Positions 1 to 13,100 of a DNA stretch of 64,000 nucleotides are shown one piece after another (within the stretch, counting starts at the first letter, position 1; each line of letters starts with the position of its first letter). The notes below the pieces were generated by a model, which saw only the letters and a program-made list of their open reading frames with translations, was not told the DNA's origin and made no database searches. The stretch is from assembly GCA_030324005.1 (NCBI GenBank), contig JARDVH010000099.1, forward strand, positions 79,674,098 through 79,738,097. Direction: 5' to 3'. Both the position numbers and the translations under genes were made by a program. This DNA is from Negaprion brevirostris (lineage: Eukaryota).

Positions 1-200
1 GGAATGAGCTGCCAGATGAAGTGGTAAATGCAGGCTCACTTTTAACATTTAAGAAAAACTTGGACAGGTACATGGATCAGAGGGGTGTGGAGGGATATGG
101 TCCAGGTGCAGGTCAGTGAGACTAGGCAGAAAAATGGTCTGGCACAGCCAAGGGGGGCCAAAAGGTCTGTTTCTGTGCTATAATGTTCTATGCTTCTATA
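1..200 (+). mobile_element. CR1-type LINE 3' end fragment
   Basis: GGAATGAGCTGCCAGATGAAGTGG...TTGGACAGGTACATGGAT...GAGGGATATGG...TTCTATG tail typical of shark CR1. Confidence 0.75.
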
Positions 201-205
201 GTGCA

Positions 206-365
206 ACAAGTAGGCTTATACACTGAAGGAGAATTTAGCATGGCCAATGTGCCTAACCAACATGTCTTTTGGGCTGTGGGAGGAAACCAATGCAGACATG
301 GGGAGACTCCACAAAGACACTGACCCAAACCGGGAGTTGAACTGGCTTTGCGGCACTGTGAGGCT
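206..365 (-). mobile_element. Degraded HE1/V-SINE-like SINE
   Basis: AATTTAGCATGGCCAAT...GTGGGAGGAAACC...GACACTGACCCAA, shared with other copies in the window. Confidence 0.7.
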
Positions 366-371
366 GTCCTA

Positions 372-715
372 TCAAACACAACCATTCAACTCTTTCACCA
401 ACATTTGAATCAAGGATGTAATTAAGTCAGCAGCTGAGTGGCCCTGGCAGAACCCAAACTGAGCTTCAGTGAGCAAGTTGTTACAAAGTAAGTGCCACTT
501 CATAACACAACTTTGCTGATAATGGAGAGTTGAGTGATGGTGGTAACTGGCCAGGTTCGATTTGTCCTGCTTCTTGTTGGCAGGACATATTTGTGTAATC
601 ATCCACGTAATCAAGGGATGCTAGTGCTGTAGCTGTACTAGCGCAATTCGGCCAGAGGCACAGTTAGCTCTGGAGCAAAAGTCTTCAATACTTCTGCTGG
701 AATGGCGTCAGGGTA
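372..715 (-). mobile_element. Old CR1-like LINE RT fragment
   Basis: ORF 372..614 has NKKQDKSNLASYH and NNLLTEAQFGFCQGHSA; same family as 10850-12200. Confidence 0.75.
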
Positions 716-1060
716 CTTTGAAATAGAAAATAAATTTCCTTTCAATATGGTTAACTATTAATTAGCTGCATCAGATGTCAGGCAACTAATACTCTACACC
801 TGCAAACAGCCTCAATTTAAGACAATCTGATTTTTAGGGGCCAATGGAAATCATCAGTAGACCTGTACTACTGCTGGAGACTGCAACCCAGTAAATTTAG
901 TACAGTAATGGCCTAGCTTTTCTCAAAAACACAAGCAAATTTGGCTAGGAAAAAAAATGAACATGCCCTCTGGGATACAGCAGAGAGAAATCGATTAAAT
1001 TGTCTGAATTGGAGCCAGTATTTCTAAAAGTTACAACACAGTTGATCATGCTGATGATAC

Positions 1061-1163
1061 CTGATCTGTACTCCCTCTGCATCACGATGGAAAATCTCTG
1101 CTAGAACTGCATTCATATCCATGCTTTTTGTTATTTCTTCCAAAGCATTTTCAGGAATCATGT
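1061..1163 (-). CDS. NRBP1: NRBP1 exon, 103 nt (MIPENALEEITKSMDMNAVLAEIFHRDAEGVQI-R), phase 1/2
   Basis: CCCTTACAG acceptor, CAG|GTATCA donor; one codon shorter than the human exon but in the same phase. Confidence 0.92.
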
Positions 1164-4100
1164 CTGTAAGGGAAGACTAAATTACATCTTGCCCAGCCTG
1201 TTAGCAGACACTGAGGAAACAATTTCCATGTTAAATTAAAAATACACCATGCTTTATTCCCATTTAATTCTGACAAGAAAATTTCTGACAAGAAAATTTC
1301 AGACAAGTGGTCATTTCAATTAAAAATAAACAAAGTCTCTGGGAAGTAATTCATAAACCCAGAGATACAAACATAGAAGATAGGAGCAAGGGGAGGCCAT
1401 TTGTCCTTCAAGCCTGCTCTGCCATTCATTACAATCACGACTGATCATCCAACTCAATAGCCTAATCCTGTTTCCTCCCCAAATTTTTTATCCAGCTGCC
1501 TCTTGAATACATTCAATGTTTTGGCATCAACTACTTCCCATGGTAATGAATTCCACAGGCTCACCNNNNNNNNNNNNNNNNNNNNNNNNNNNNNNNNNNN
1601 NNNNNNNNNNNNNNNNNNNNNNNNNNNNNNNNNNNNNNNNNNNNNNNNNNNNNNNNNNNNNNNNNACATCTTTGGAGTGTGGGAGGAAACCGGAGCACCC
1701 GGAGGAAACCCACGCAGACACGGGGAGAATGTGCAAACTCCAAAGAGAAGCGGGGAAGAGAGTGCGAGCATGTTGGTAGTTACCATGGTTACGGTTCCAG
1801 TCACAACATCAGGAATGACAGGTGATTGGCAAACTCCCAGTCACATGGCTGAGATTCAGTCTCTCAGATGGACAGTGCAGGGGAGGAGCTGCTTTGGTGA
1901 GTGGTGCTTGGGGTGGGAGGCGAGGTCAGGAATGAGGGTATAAGGTGGACACGTGAGAGTGGAGATCAAGGCTGCGGGGACGACTGCTGCTACATGAAGG
2001 CAGAGGGGTTGCTGGAATGTCTTCCGTGTGGTCTCACGGCGAGTACTTGTGCCAGGCTTGGCAACCAGACCAACACCCAAGGGGAAACCTGGCACCACTT
2101 GGCGGGGGGGCTGGCAGAATTGGCAGTGGTCACATTCCTCTCACAGATACTTGCTACTCCTCTTACCAACTTTCCCTCAGCGCTCAAATTAGTGTGAAGG
2201 CCTGAGCACTCAAGTTTACATATTAACATAGAGAATAGGAGCAAGAGGAGGCTATTCAGGCCTTCGAGCCACCATTCCTTCTGATTATAGCAGATCGTCC
2301 TGATCCCACCTTCCCACCACATCCTTTGGCCCCCTTCCCCTCAGGTGCTCTGTGTACCTCCTTCATCATTTTGGCCCTGACTTTTTTAGTGATCGCGAAT
2401 TCCACAGGTTGAGCACTCTCTGGGTGAAGAAATGTCTCCTCATCTCTACCCTGTATCCTCAGACTGTGACCCCTGGTTCTGGATAGCCCTGTTAGAATTT
2501 AAGTCTCTGTGTGATCCCCCCTCATTTGTCTGAACTCCAGTAAAAACAATCCTAACCCGGTCAATCCCTCAATCCTAACCCGGTCAACCCGTGGATCTTG
2601 CACGTTTTTGAATTACCTGCTTCGCAGAAATAAATGAAGTGCTTAAAAAATTGATCTGAGATATTCAGAGGACATTTAGGAGGTAGGAGAGCACTTTACA
2701 CTATGAATTTTTAAAAACACATTCAGAACTGATTTTCTTCAACCACTGGACCTACATTGTCAATTAACAAGATTCATCACTGTACAGGTTTTTAAAATGT
2801 GTTCATTCATGGGGATGTATGCTTCGCTGGCTAAGCCATTAATTATGGCCCTTAAGGTGATACAGTCCACATGGGTGTAGTCGGTACACCCAGTGCTGAG
2901 AGGGAAGGAATTTCAGAATTTTGACCCAACAACATCGAAGGAAAAAGTAAGGGTCATGTGACCTTGGAGACGACCTGGCAGGTGGCGGTGTTTCCCATGC
3001 ATCTGCTGCCAATGCCCATCTAAGTAGCAGGCACTGCGGACTTGGAAGGTGCTGTCAAAGGAGTTTTGGTGAGTTCCTGCAGTGCATCTTGTACACTGCA
3101 CACTGGTGGTGGAAGGAATTAATGGGGTGTCAATCAGACAAGACGCTTTGCGCTGGATGCTGTTGAGCTTCTTGAGTATTGGCTGTCTAAAAGTTAAAGT
3201 TTCAACAATGTATATTCAGCTTTACAGCAAGCTTTAATGATTTAATTTCTTAATGCATAAGATTTTAATATCAACTTGATATATATTAGTGACAACCTTC
3301 TTCCACAATTAGAGTTTTCATGAACATAAAGTTGAAATCAAAGAGAATACAGGAAAAAGTACCCTGAAATTCACAATGATCTGTTGGCTTCCAGGGGTAG
3401 AAAACAGTCTCAATTCAAATTAGCAGCTGCCCAAATGATATAAACTAGCAAAAATGTTTGCTGTCAAATTAGTATCTGTAGTCCAACAATACTTCTTGAA
3501 ACTACAGGGTTCATAGTTATCGTTTTACTAAAGTCTTTAACAGAATTAAAGTGCTCACTCTGGAACAAGCCTCAAAGTAATCCACACGTAAAAACAGGTC
3601 TTTGTAATACAAGTACAAATATTGTCAAGTGTCTGGCCTTGTGATTTGTTTATAGTCTAGAATATGGAAATTTTGGCAACAGGTTTCTTTTGAACTGAAG
3701 AGGCAGGTTTAGATCTGATGGGCTTAATGTTATGAGAAAAAACAGTGTCTTTGAAATCTGCTTGCCTTAGCATCTATCATGCAGAAAACAGCCTGCTAAC
3801 TACCAATCTTGTACCACGGCAAAGTCCTTACTCAGAACTGAAGAAACAAAAAGCAACATTATAATTGCCTTTTCCCAGAGACTAAGTTTGAGCAATGGCA
3901 TGCCCAATGGACTTTGATAGTGTAGAAACTCTGAAGGGTACAAACTGTCAGCATCTTTTCCTACAGAAGCAACAAGTGATGTATTATTTTAATTCCTCTG
4001 GCAGCTTTTCTAAAACTTGTTTCATTTAAATCCAGCAAATCTTAATTATTAGGTCAAGAGCCTTTGAATAAGTAGCAATTATCCCTGCCATTTTGTTACA

Positions 4101-7100
4101 ATTTACCAATTCCAGAAACTCATTCACCACATACCCTCTCTCCCATGCCATCCCTATCCTCGTCATTAATCCCATCTTTCACAAACAAATCTCTCCAGCC
4201 AACTGTGTGACCTTCACTTTCCATCTTTTTTATTCTCAATCGATCCATCACCCACCCACAGCCACCATCAGCTACTTGCAGCCACATGTGCATTACACGA
4301 CCCAATCCTCACATCAGTCAGGCATTAAACAAATTCACAAACAGATGCCTTTACCAGCCTTCAAAAATGACAGATGAAAACAGTCGTCAGACAAAGACTA
4401 TTTGAAATACTGAAAAGTTAATCCTGTGGGATTTGTTCAAATAGATAAATTAGTTTTCAATTCCAATTGCAAATTCAATTCAAATCCAATCAGAGATGCC
4501 AAAAGAATTTTTTTGTTATATACATTGACTAATTGGTTTCTGCAAGTTACTGCATAATTAAATCCCCATTCTTCCCTTCAAGAGGGAGCAGAGAAGCTTC
4601 ACTGTGAATGGAAAGATGGTCTGTAAAATCATTTTCAAATGAAGTTGCTTAAAAGGTTACATTCCATTCAAATTCATATTAACTTTTCATAGCCAATTCC
4701 CAACACACTTCAATACAATTCATACTCCTGGACTTAGTATTCAGGTCATACAAGATTGGAGCTCCAAGCATGAGCTTTCACAACAAGTACTTACGAGGAT
4801 GACTGACGATACAATGTGCTGCTAACAACTTTAGTGAAGGTACTTCAAACAGAGCTGGATGAAAGAGAAGCTCTCGTGCAGTGGGTCGTTTGACAGGATC
4901 AACCTGCAAACATTTCTGAATAAATTCCTGTCATGAAAAAGGGAAAAGGAAACATACATTTAAATCTGAACTTTGGGGCATTTACTTAGGACAAAATGAT
5001 TATACTCTAACCATCTTAGCTGTTCTATCTTTTCATCTCCAGGTTGCCACTTTTTTTCTTTTAACGGTGGGCCACAACTGGAATACTGTGTGCAGTTCTG
5101 GTCACTATATTACAGGAATAATTGAGCTGGAGAGTGCAGAGGAGGTTTACAAGAAGGTTGCCAGGACTAGAAAAGTGTAGCTATGAAGAGATTGGATGAA
5201 TTGGAGTTATTTTTCTTGGAACAAAGAAGGCTGAGAAATGATTTGATAGAGGTGTACAAAATTATGAGGGGACGGGAGAGAGTGGACAAGTTAAAATTGT
5301 TTCTCCTTGGAGGGGAATTCTAGAATCAGCGGACATAGATTCAAGATACCCTTATGGGCAGTAGGCGTAGAGGGAACGTTGAGGAAGGACTTTTTTTTAA
5401 ACTCAAAGGGTGGTGGGTGTCTGGAATTTGCTGTCTGCACTGGTGGTGGAGGTAGAGACCCCAATCTCTTAAGTACATGGACCTTAAGTGCCGTAAGCTA
5501 CAGGGCTACAGGTCAGGTGCAAGAAGGTGGGGTTAGAAAGGGCACCAGAGTGTCATTGGGCTGGCATGAACAGGATGTGCCAAATGGCTGCATGTGCTGT
5601 AACCTTTCTATAGTTAAACTCAAGTACAATGTGCTATTTTCTGCCTCAAATCCTTAAACTCACTGGGCAAAGGGATTTGTTTTCCACAAACTGGAAAGTA
5701 AAGGACACACAGTAAGTTACTTGGGTTGGAGAGATGCGTTTCTGCAAAGGATGGGGTTGATGACAAGGATGGGGATGGCATGGGAGAAAGGAATACATTC
5801 TCACTGGGCCTGTTAAAATTTCTAACAAGTCAGTGATGTTTTCAACACATGCAATGCCTTCCACCCCTAAAATCAGGTGGAGGGATTTCCTAACCATGCA
5901 CTCCCAAATCCTGCCAACTAGTTTCTCCCATTCCATCCCTGCCTCTCTTGGTCCAATATTTCCCCATCTCTAAACTCACATTTGACCTGACTACAACATA
6001 TCATATGCTATTCCACTTATTGACTAACATTAAAGTAAATAAAGACAAAAATCATAATAAATGCATCACCATTTCATACTATAATTTGTTAATGCTCATT
6101 TTCATTGTAATTTACCAGATTGAGATTTGAAGTCTGAGATCTACTTGGCTTCCTTTGCCACAGGAGCAATCAGAACCAGTACCAGGAAACCAGCGTTGAC
6201 TGGATTGGAGTTTTGAAATTACAATGTGTTCAACAGGGATTTTTTGTTTGCAGGGGACTTTAAAAAAAAAACCCTGAATGTGAAGAAACCCCAACCCATT
6301 TCCAGATTCGAAAATGAGAAAAAGTTTGGCACAAACTGCAAACCAGCAATTTAAGACAGCCTCCTGTTGATACGAGAGCACATTTCTCAAACAAGGCCAG
6401 ATTTTGCATCAAATAAGTTACACACAGATTAATGAACATGTAACATATAGATTTATATGTAGAAAATAGAAGAGTATCAAGAACAGATCTTTTGGCAACA
6501 CCAGAGGGAATGGTACAGGACCAAGGAAAGAAGCAAGTGCAGGTTCATTTTCTGGCTGCAAATGGATATGTTCAAAGAGCTTTGTACATAAGCACTCAGT
6601 TTTTGTAGTTGAACTGGTACAATACTCACTCGTTGCAGAGTATCTTCTAGAGACTGGATTGCATTATTGATTGCTTCTTGCGACACATATGATGATTCTC
6701 CATTACCCTGGATCTCCAATACTGCCATCTAGAACACCAGAAGTTAGCAGTGACCAATAGATTCTCTCAAATTGGACAAACTGCATGTCAACTACTGTGA
6801 ACCAATCATGATTGCCACTGTGGAAGTTCAGTTCAGATTGTCCTTCCATTTTACATACTCCTTCCCATCACCTTCAACCCAGTAACTTAATTACATCACA
6901 AGTTACACCTGCACGTGGACATTCACAGCTCATAACTAAACTCATTTAACCAACTTTTGAGGTAAGAATTTAGCATTTTACAGCACAAGGTTAAAAAATT
7001 TACATTCACGATAATACATAATTCCTTTCAGTAATCCAAAATTGATTTATGGATTAGTCCAACCAGTGATTGGCAATGATAAAACAGTTGTTATCTTTAC

Positions 7101-10100
7101 TGTTCTACTTTAATCTCAGTAAGTTTTCTTAGCATTAGTTTCATATATCAGCAACCACCTAGATACGTTACCCACAGTGAATGAATTCAACCAAAGGGTT
7201 AATGCTCAGCATCCACACACGTGCACTTTACGTGCACAATGGTGTCATTGGAAAGGAAATCTGAAGGATGAATTTGTGATTGCCCTGTTGAGGGGCAAGG
7301 CAGTCAAATACAGCACTTTATTACCAACCTTCCTATTACACTGCACAATTACACGGCAGCCTGAAAGGTTCTTTGCAGGCCTTGTTCTGTGACAAGTTAC
7401 ATGTACACATGGACATGCAAAAAAAATTAAACAAACTTGAGCACAGCAACTAAATTTCTAAAAAAAGGGGACATTTCTGATCATTGCCCCAGTTCAGATC
7501 AAACTGGGAATTTTTGACTAAGGTTTTTTGTTGCACCAGAAAGTGAATTTACCATAATCAGAACTTAGGAGCAGTTTCATGAGGTGAAGGAGGAGACGGA
7601 CAAATTAGGTGCCATCCCAGAAAACGTGACATGAAGAAAACTAAATTCAAATATCTGCCCATGAACATAGAGCATCAATCACTACTGAAATGACAATGGC
7701 AAGAAAATCACTGATGATGTAGCTACCAGATTTACAATAGAAGGAAGGCTTTCTCAGCCTTGAACAGCTATCCTGAATGAATGATAGTGGCTAGAATAGA
7801 AAACAAAGTTTGTTTATATCATCTGTATCCAAGAATGCAAAAAGAAAAATCAACTGCCTGAACATACTGTACCAACATGATTAATAGAAGTGATAAAATT
7901 AATCTTGGGAGTCTCCATGTGAGGAAGAGAATAACTTCTGATTTCACGGCATTGAAGCCAATTTTTTTTTTTTTAAATAATAATTTTCAAAAAATTTCCA
8001 GCAGATTACCACATACCTCTAATGCACACATTCCCAATGAATAAATATCACCAGCTGTAGTGACATTTGTTCCAGCTGTAAAAGACAGAAGACNNNNNNN
8101 NNNNNNNNNNNNNNNNNNNNNNNNNNNNNNNNNNNNNNNNNNNNNNNNNNNNNNNNNNNNNNNNNNNNNNNNNNNNNNNNNNNNNNNNNNNNNTCCAAAT
8201 GAATAAATATCAACAGCTGTAGTTACATTTGTTACAGCTGTAAAAGACAGAATACATTATTAGATTGCTAAAAACAAATTACATTTACATTTTATGATAC
8301 TCTACTACAATATTAAAAACACAAACAGTATCACCTCAACACAGGAACTTCTATTTCCTTTTGCAAGAATGTACAAGACAGTTTGAGGGATTGGATAGCA
8401 CACCCATTTGGAAACAGGCTATTTTAGGTTCAAATTCAGCAAGATTCGTTGAATTCAGCAAGACTAGTTAGATTAAAGACTTGAATTCCCACATTCAACA
8501 ATAAACTACAATTTTGCTCAAGATATCGTAGGTTTTCAAACCATGTGCAGACCAAGCTGACTGGCCTCAAAGGGAAAATTACCTCTTGTTCTCCTAGTTT
8601 TGGCAGATTTGACAGAAAACACCTGCAACCAAGTTAGTCTTTGATGGTGCACTGGCATGAATGTCAATTTCAACTGTTAAGCCCAATAGGAAATATGGTA
8701 TTTGAAGGAGATAATCAAAATTATAAAGGACGACAGGAATGGTTTATGCTTCCTGCAATGCTGCTCACGATCATCTGAATTTTTTCATTCACCTCAAGGT
8801 GAGATTATTTTCCATTCATCTAAAAATGCAGAGTTTCAGAAGTCAATTCATACTTCAGGCTCTTAAATGTTACATATAGCTTTAAACAGTCAATATTTGG
8901 CTGTATCTAACTGCAGGCTTTTGAATCAGGACTGGAATCAAAGGAGGTTGTGTTGCAAACATCTGCACAAAGCAATTATATGCCATAAACAACACTGAAG
9001 GTACTCTGCCAAATCTCTGGAGAAGGTTCCTGATCAAAACCTCAGTTTTACAAATGGTGCAAAGGCTTTTCAGCTGAAAATAGTTCCTCCTGCACAGCAG
9101 CAGTTCCAATATTTCACGCTACAGGTTATTTTGATTGACACTTAAACTGCAGCATCAGTAGCTAAGCTACCATAAATGTGCCAACACAAAGGCATTGGTA
9201 TGGACAAAGCCATTTTCATTATCAATTCTGACACCAGACAGTACTGCAGCAGTTACACAATACTGAACACGATTGATTTGTGCAAAAGGTGGCTGTCTGA
9301 GTTCAGGAGAATCAGATTTTTAAAAAAAATTTGTTCATGGGATGTAGACATCACTGGCTAGGCCTGCATTTATTGCCAATCCCCAAGTGCCCTTGTTCAG
9401 AGGACATTTAAGAATCAACCACGTTGCTGTGGGTCTGAAGTCACATGCAGGCCAGACCAGGACAACAGATTTCCTTCTCTAAAAAAGGAAGTTAATGAAC
9501 CAAATGGGTTTTTACAACAATCGACAATGGCTTAATGGTTAGACTTTTAGATCTTCGATGAATTCAAATTTTACCATCTGTCATCGTGGGATTCAAGCCC
9601 AGGTCCCCAAAAAAACTACCTTAGATCTCTTGATTACAAGTCCAATAATATTAATTACCATGATGCCACCATCTCCCCTTTCCCATACAGTAAACTTAAA
9701 ACAATGTTCAATCAGTGCAACTTTTCATCTAGGCCTTCCATTTGAAAGAGATTCAATTTCTATTCGGGAGTAGAAAGCATGCCTAATCCTAACCAGAAAG
9801 CAAAATCTTTGGATTCTGGTTACCAGAACAGGAAAATTAGACAAATATTTCAGCCATTATTTAAAAACAATTTTGTTGAACTAAGAGAATGGCATAAAAT
9901 TTACTTTGACTGTATAAACAAAATTGTTTCCTGAAATAGGAAACAAACTACATTCTGTGACTTAACTGAACAGTNNNNNNNNNNNNNNNNNNNNNCGATC
10001 TGTGAACGATGGCAAATACAACTGTCTACAGGCAGTTCATGGTTAAAAGAATGAGTATGGGCAAGGGAAACAGATCTGCAATTCTATTTATATCCCACAA

Positions 10101-13100
10101 GTAAATTGACGTAGCTTGAGCATAAGCATTTCAAGTGGAGCACAAGTCAAAGCCACAAGTGGGATATATATAGAAGCCTGTAACTCATCATTATCTTGTT
10201 GACGTCACATATCATTTAAGTAACAAAACTAAAATAGCTTACATTCTCATAAATACGAAGAAAGGTGATATCCCACATTAAGCGATGGATGGTATTTATT
10301 CACCCACCATTTGTAATTTCCCCCAAGATAAAAGGTCAAGTTTAGCAATTGATGGATGGGATATGAACAATGAAACAATTCATGTCCCAATTGTTAAACA
10401 TTGCTTAATGCCCCTATTTAATCCATATTGTTACCACTGAGCTTAATTACATTATAAATTGTTACTTACCTCCATATTCTGGAGCAAAAAAGTGCAGGTT
10501 CTTCTGTTCCTCTCTACATGTTTTCACGTGGTTGTTAATTGTGTCAGGTGCGACTGTGAAAAGTAAAATATTTGCAAGTTACAGGCAACTGATGAAAAAA
10601 GCTTCATACAATATTGATTCTTTATGATTCAATTCAAANNNNNNNNNNTTTGGGGGGGGGCCGGAAATAGGACTGCAGTATTCAAATTGTTTACAAGGGA
10701 ATTTCTTCCTCCATTCCTATTCGATGTTCACCTCTCGCTTGGGTGTATGTTGGTTGCTCCAACATCTGAGATACTTCCAAAATGATAAATATAAATTGTT
10801 TTTATTTACATTTATTTTCCTTTTATTATTTTTTGTCAATATTCTGTTCATCACCTCTAATGGGTGGAAGAGGCTCCAGGGATTACCCTCTCAATGATGG
10901 TGGGGTATGAGTGCAAAATGCAGGGCTAAATTATCTGCAGAAGTGTCAAGTGGCTGATTCATCTCAGCTGTCTCCTGAAGTCCCCAACATAACATATGCC
11001 AATCATAAGATTATCCATCTCACTCCACGTGACATCAAGAAATGGCTCAGTGCACTGGATGCCCAATACATGGGTGGCACAGTGGTTAGCACTGCTGCCT
11101 CAGTTCCAGGGACGCAGGTTCGATTTTTGGCTTGGGTCACTGTCTGTGTGGAGTTTGCACATTCTCCACATGGGTTTCCTCCAAGTGCCCCAGTTTCCTC
11201 CCACTGTCCAAAGATGTGCAGGTTAGATTGAATGGCCATGCCAAATTGCCCCTTAGTGTCCTAGGATGTGTAGATTAAAGGGATCAGAAGAGTAAATCTG
11301 TGTAATTTTGGGGATAGAGTCTGGGTGGGATTGTTGTCAGTGCAGACTTGATGCGTCAAATGGCCTCCTCCTGCACTGTAGGAATTTTTATGATTGGATA
11401 CAGCAATGTCTATACATCCAACATCCTGGCTGCATTGTTAAAAACTTATGCTCTGGAACTAGCCATGCCTCTAGCCAAGCTGTTCCAACACAAGTGTAAC
11501 AATGGGACGTAACTGACAAAGTGAAAAATTGCTCACATGGGTCTTGTCCACAAGAAAACAGGGCAAATCCAATCCAGCCAATTACTGCCACATCAATCTA
11601 CTTTCAATCTAAGTAATGGAAAGGATCGTAATAGTGCAGCACATGCTCACAAATATAATGCTCCCCAATGCTTAGTTTCGGTTCTACCAGGCCAAGCTTC
11701 ACCAGACCTCCAAAACAGACTTGGTCCAAACATGGACAAGAGCTGAATTCCAGAGATGAAGCAAGAGTGACCATCCTTATGGCAACATTTGACCAGGTGC
11801 AGCAGCAAGGCAGCCCAGTAAAAAGGAAATCCTGGCAATCAAGAAAAAACCTCCACTGACTGAGTTGTGCTCAGTAAAAATGATAGGCGTCTTTGGAAGC
11901 AATCACCTTTGCTTGCATTTGTCAAACTCCTGATCTCTACCACCTAGAACGACAAGGGCAGATGGAAACACCAATACCTCTGGTGCACACGATCCTGACC
12001 TGGAAACAGAATCACCACTTTTTCATTGCCACTGGTTAAAATCCTGGAACTCTTTCCTTAACTGCACTTCCTAAAACTACACCACACGGATTACAGTAGT
12101 TTCACGATGATGACGGACTGCTACCTTCTCAAGAACTAATAAGGATGGATAATAAATGTTAGCCTTGCCAGTGATGCCTACATCATATCAAAGAGTAAAA
12201 AATACACTATTCAGTGACTTACAGGCTATTTGACTAGTTGGAGCACCAGAGGCAAACATTTGTCCTTACCCGGAGTCATGACGTGGGCACCAAGGCCAAA
12301 AGAACAATTTAGAGTAGGAACCCCAACGTGTTTCAGCCTATTTAATTTGGAAACAACAAAGCCAATTTAGTGCCTCCACCAACAGCCAAGCTGAGTTCAC
12401 TGAATTTTAGCTGAGTAGCGGTCAGCCTGGGACGTGCTAAAATTTTTACAAAATGAGATATTTGGTGCTCTGATTTAAGTAATCAAATGTTTAGTTTGCA
12501 AGAACAGAACTATATCAACAAATCTCTAAATGAAAACCTAACTACAGTTTAAACAAACCAGTCAACCAACCTAGGCTGATCTGTAACATCATTTGTTTAT
12601 TGTGAATCTACAAAAACACCAGCATTTTCAAAGTATCATAGAATACACATCAAAATTTAAGGGCCTCTAGCTGCAAAGTTTTTTCTCAACTATTTTATCA
12701 GTCATATCTTTCATTTTAAAAATAAACATATTTCTATTTTAGCTGTTCAATAAATCAAGTTGGCAATTTTAAGATGACAAACTTTGGAAGCAGTTCAATA
12801 TTATTTCAAAATACTCTGAGGACAGAATGTATGCTTCACCTAAATTATTGCAAATGAAACTGGACGAGATTGTTTTCCATTTCTCAGAATTCAGCCACCT
12901 TAGTGATTTCTTTCTTGGCACAGCAAATCTAAAGATTTGTTCTGACAAAAAACTTGTTACTATACAGAATACTAATGAGATAAAACCACTACCCACTCCA
13001 GCACCAAATAGAGCCAGCTGTCTAGTTAGCTTTCACCTACATGTAGCCATGACACCTGTTTTCAAGTGCCGCAATATCATGTCCATGATGAGCTTTATTC

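Noticed and set aside
1268-2590. Short tandem duplications (15-bp unit x~3 at 1268-1307; 23-bp unit x2 at about 2548-2590)
   Set aside because: Ordinary slippage duplications with no spacer structure, so not CRISPR-like; the context is eukaryotic.
12270-12337. Possible 68-nt poison exon on the minus strand (TAG acceptor, CGG|GTAAGG donor, immediate TGA)
   Set aside because: Weak pyrimidine tract and no other support; such site pairs arise by chance in long introns.
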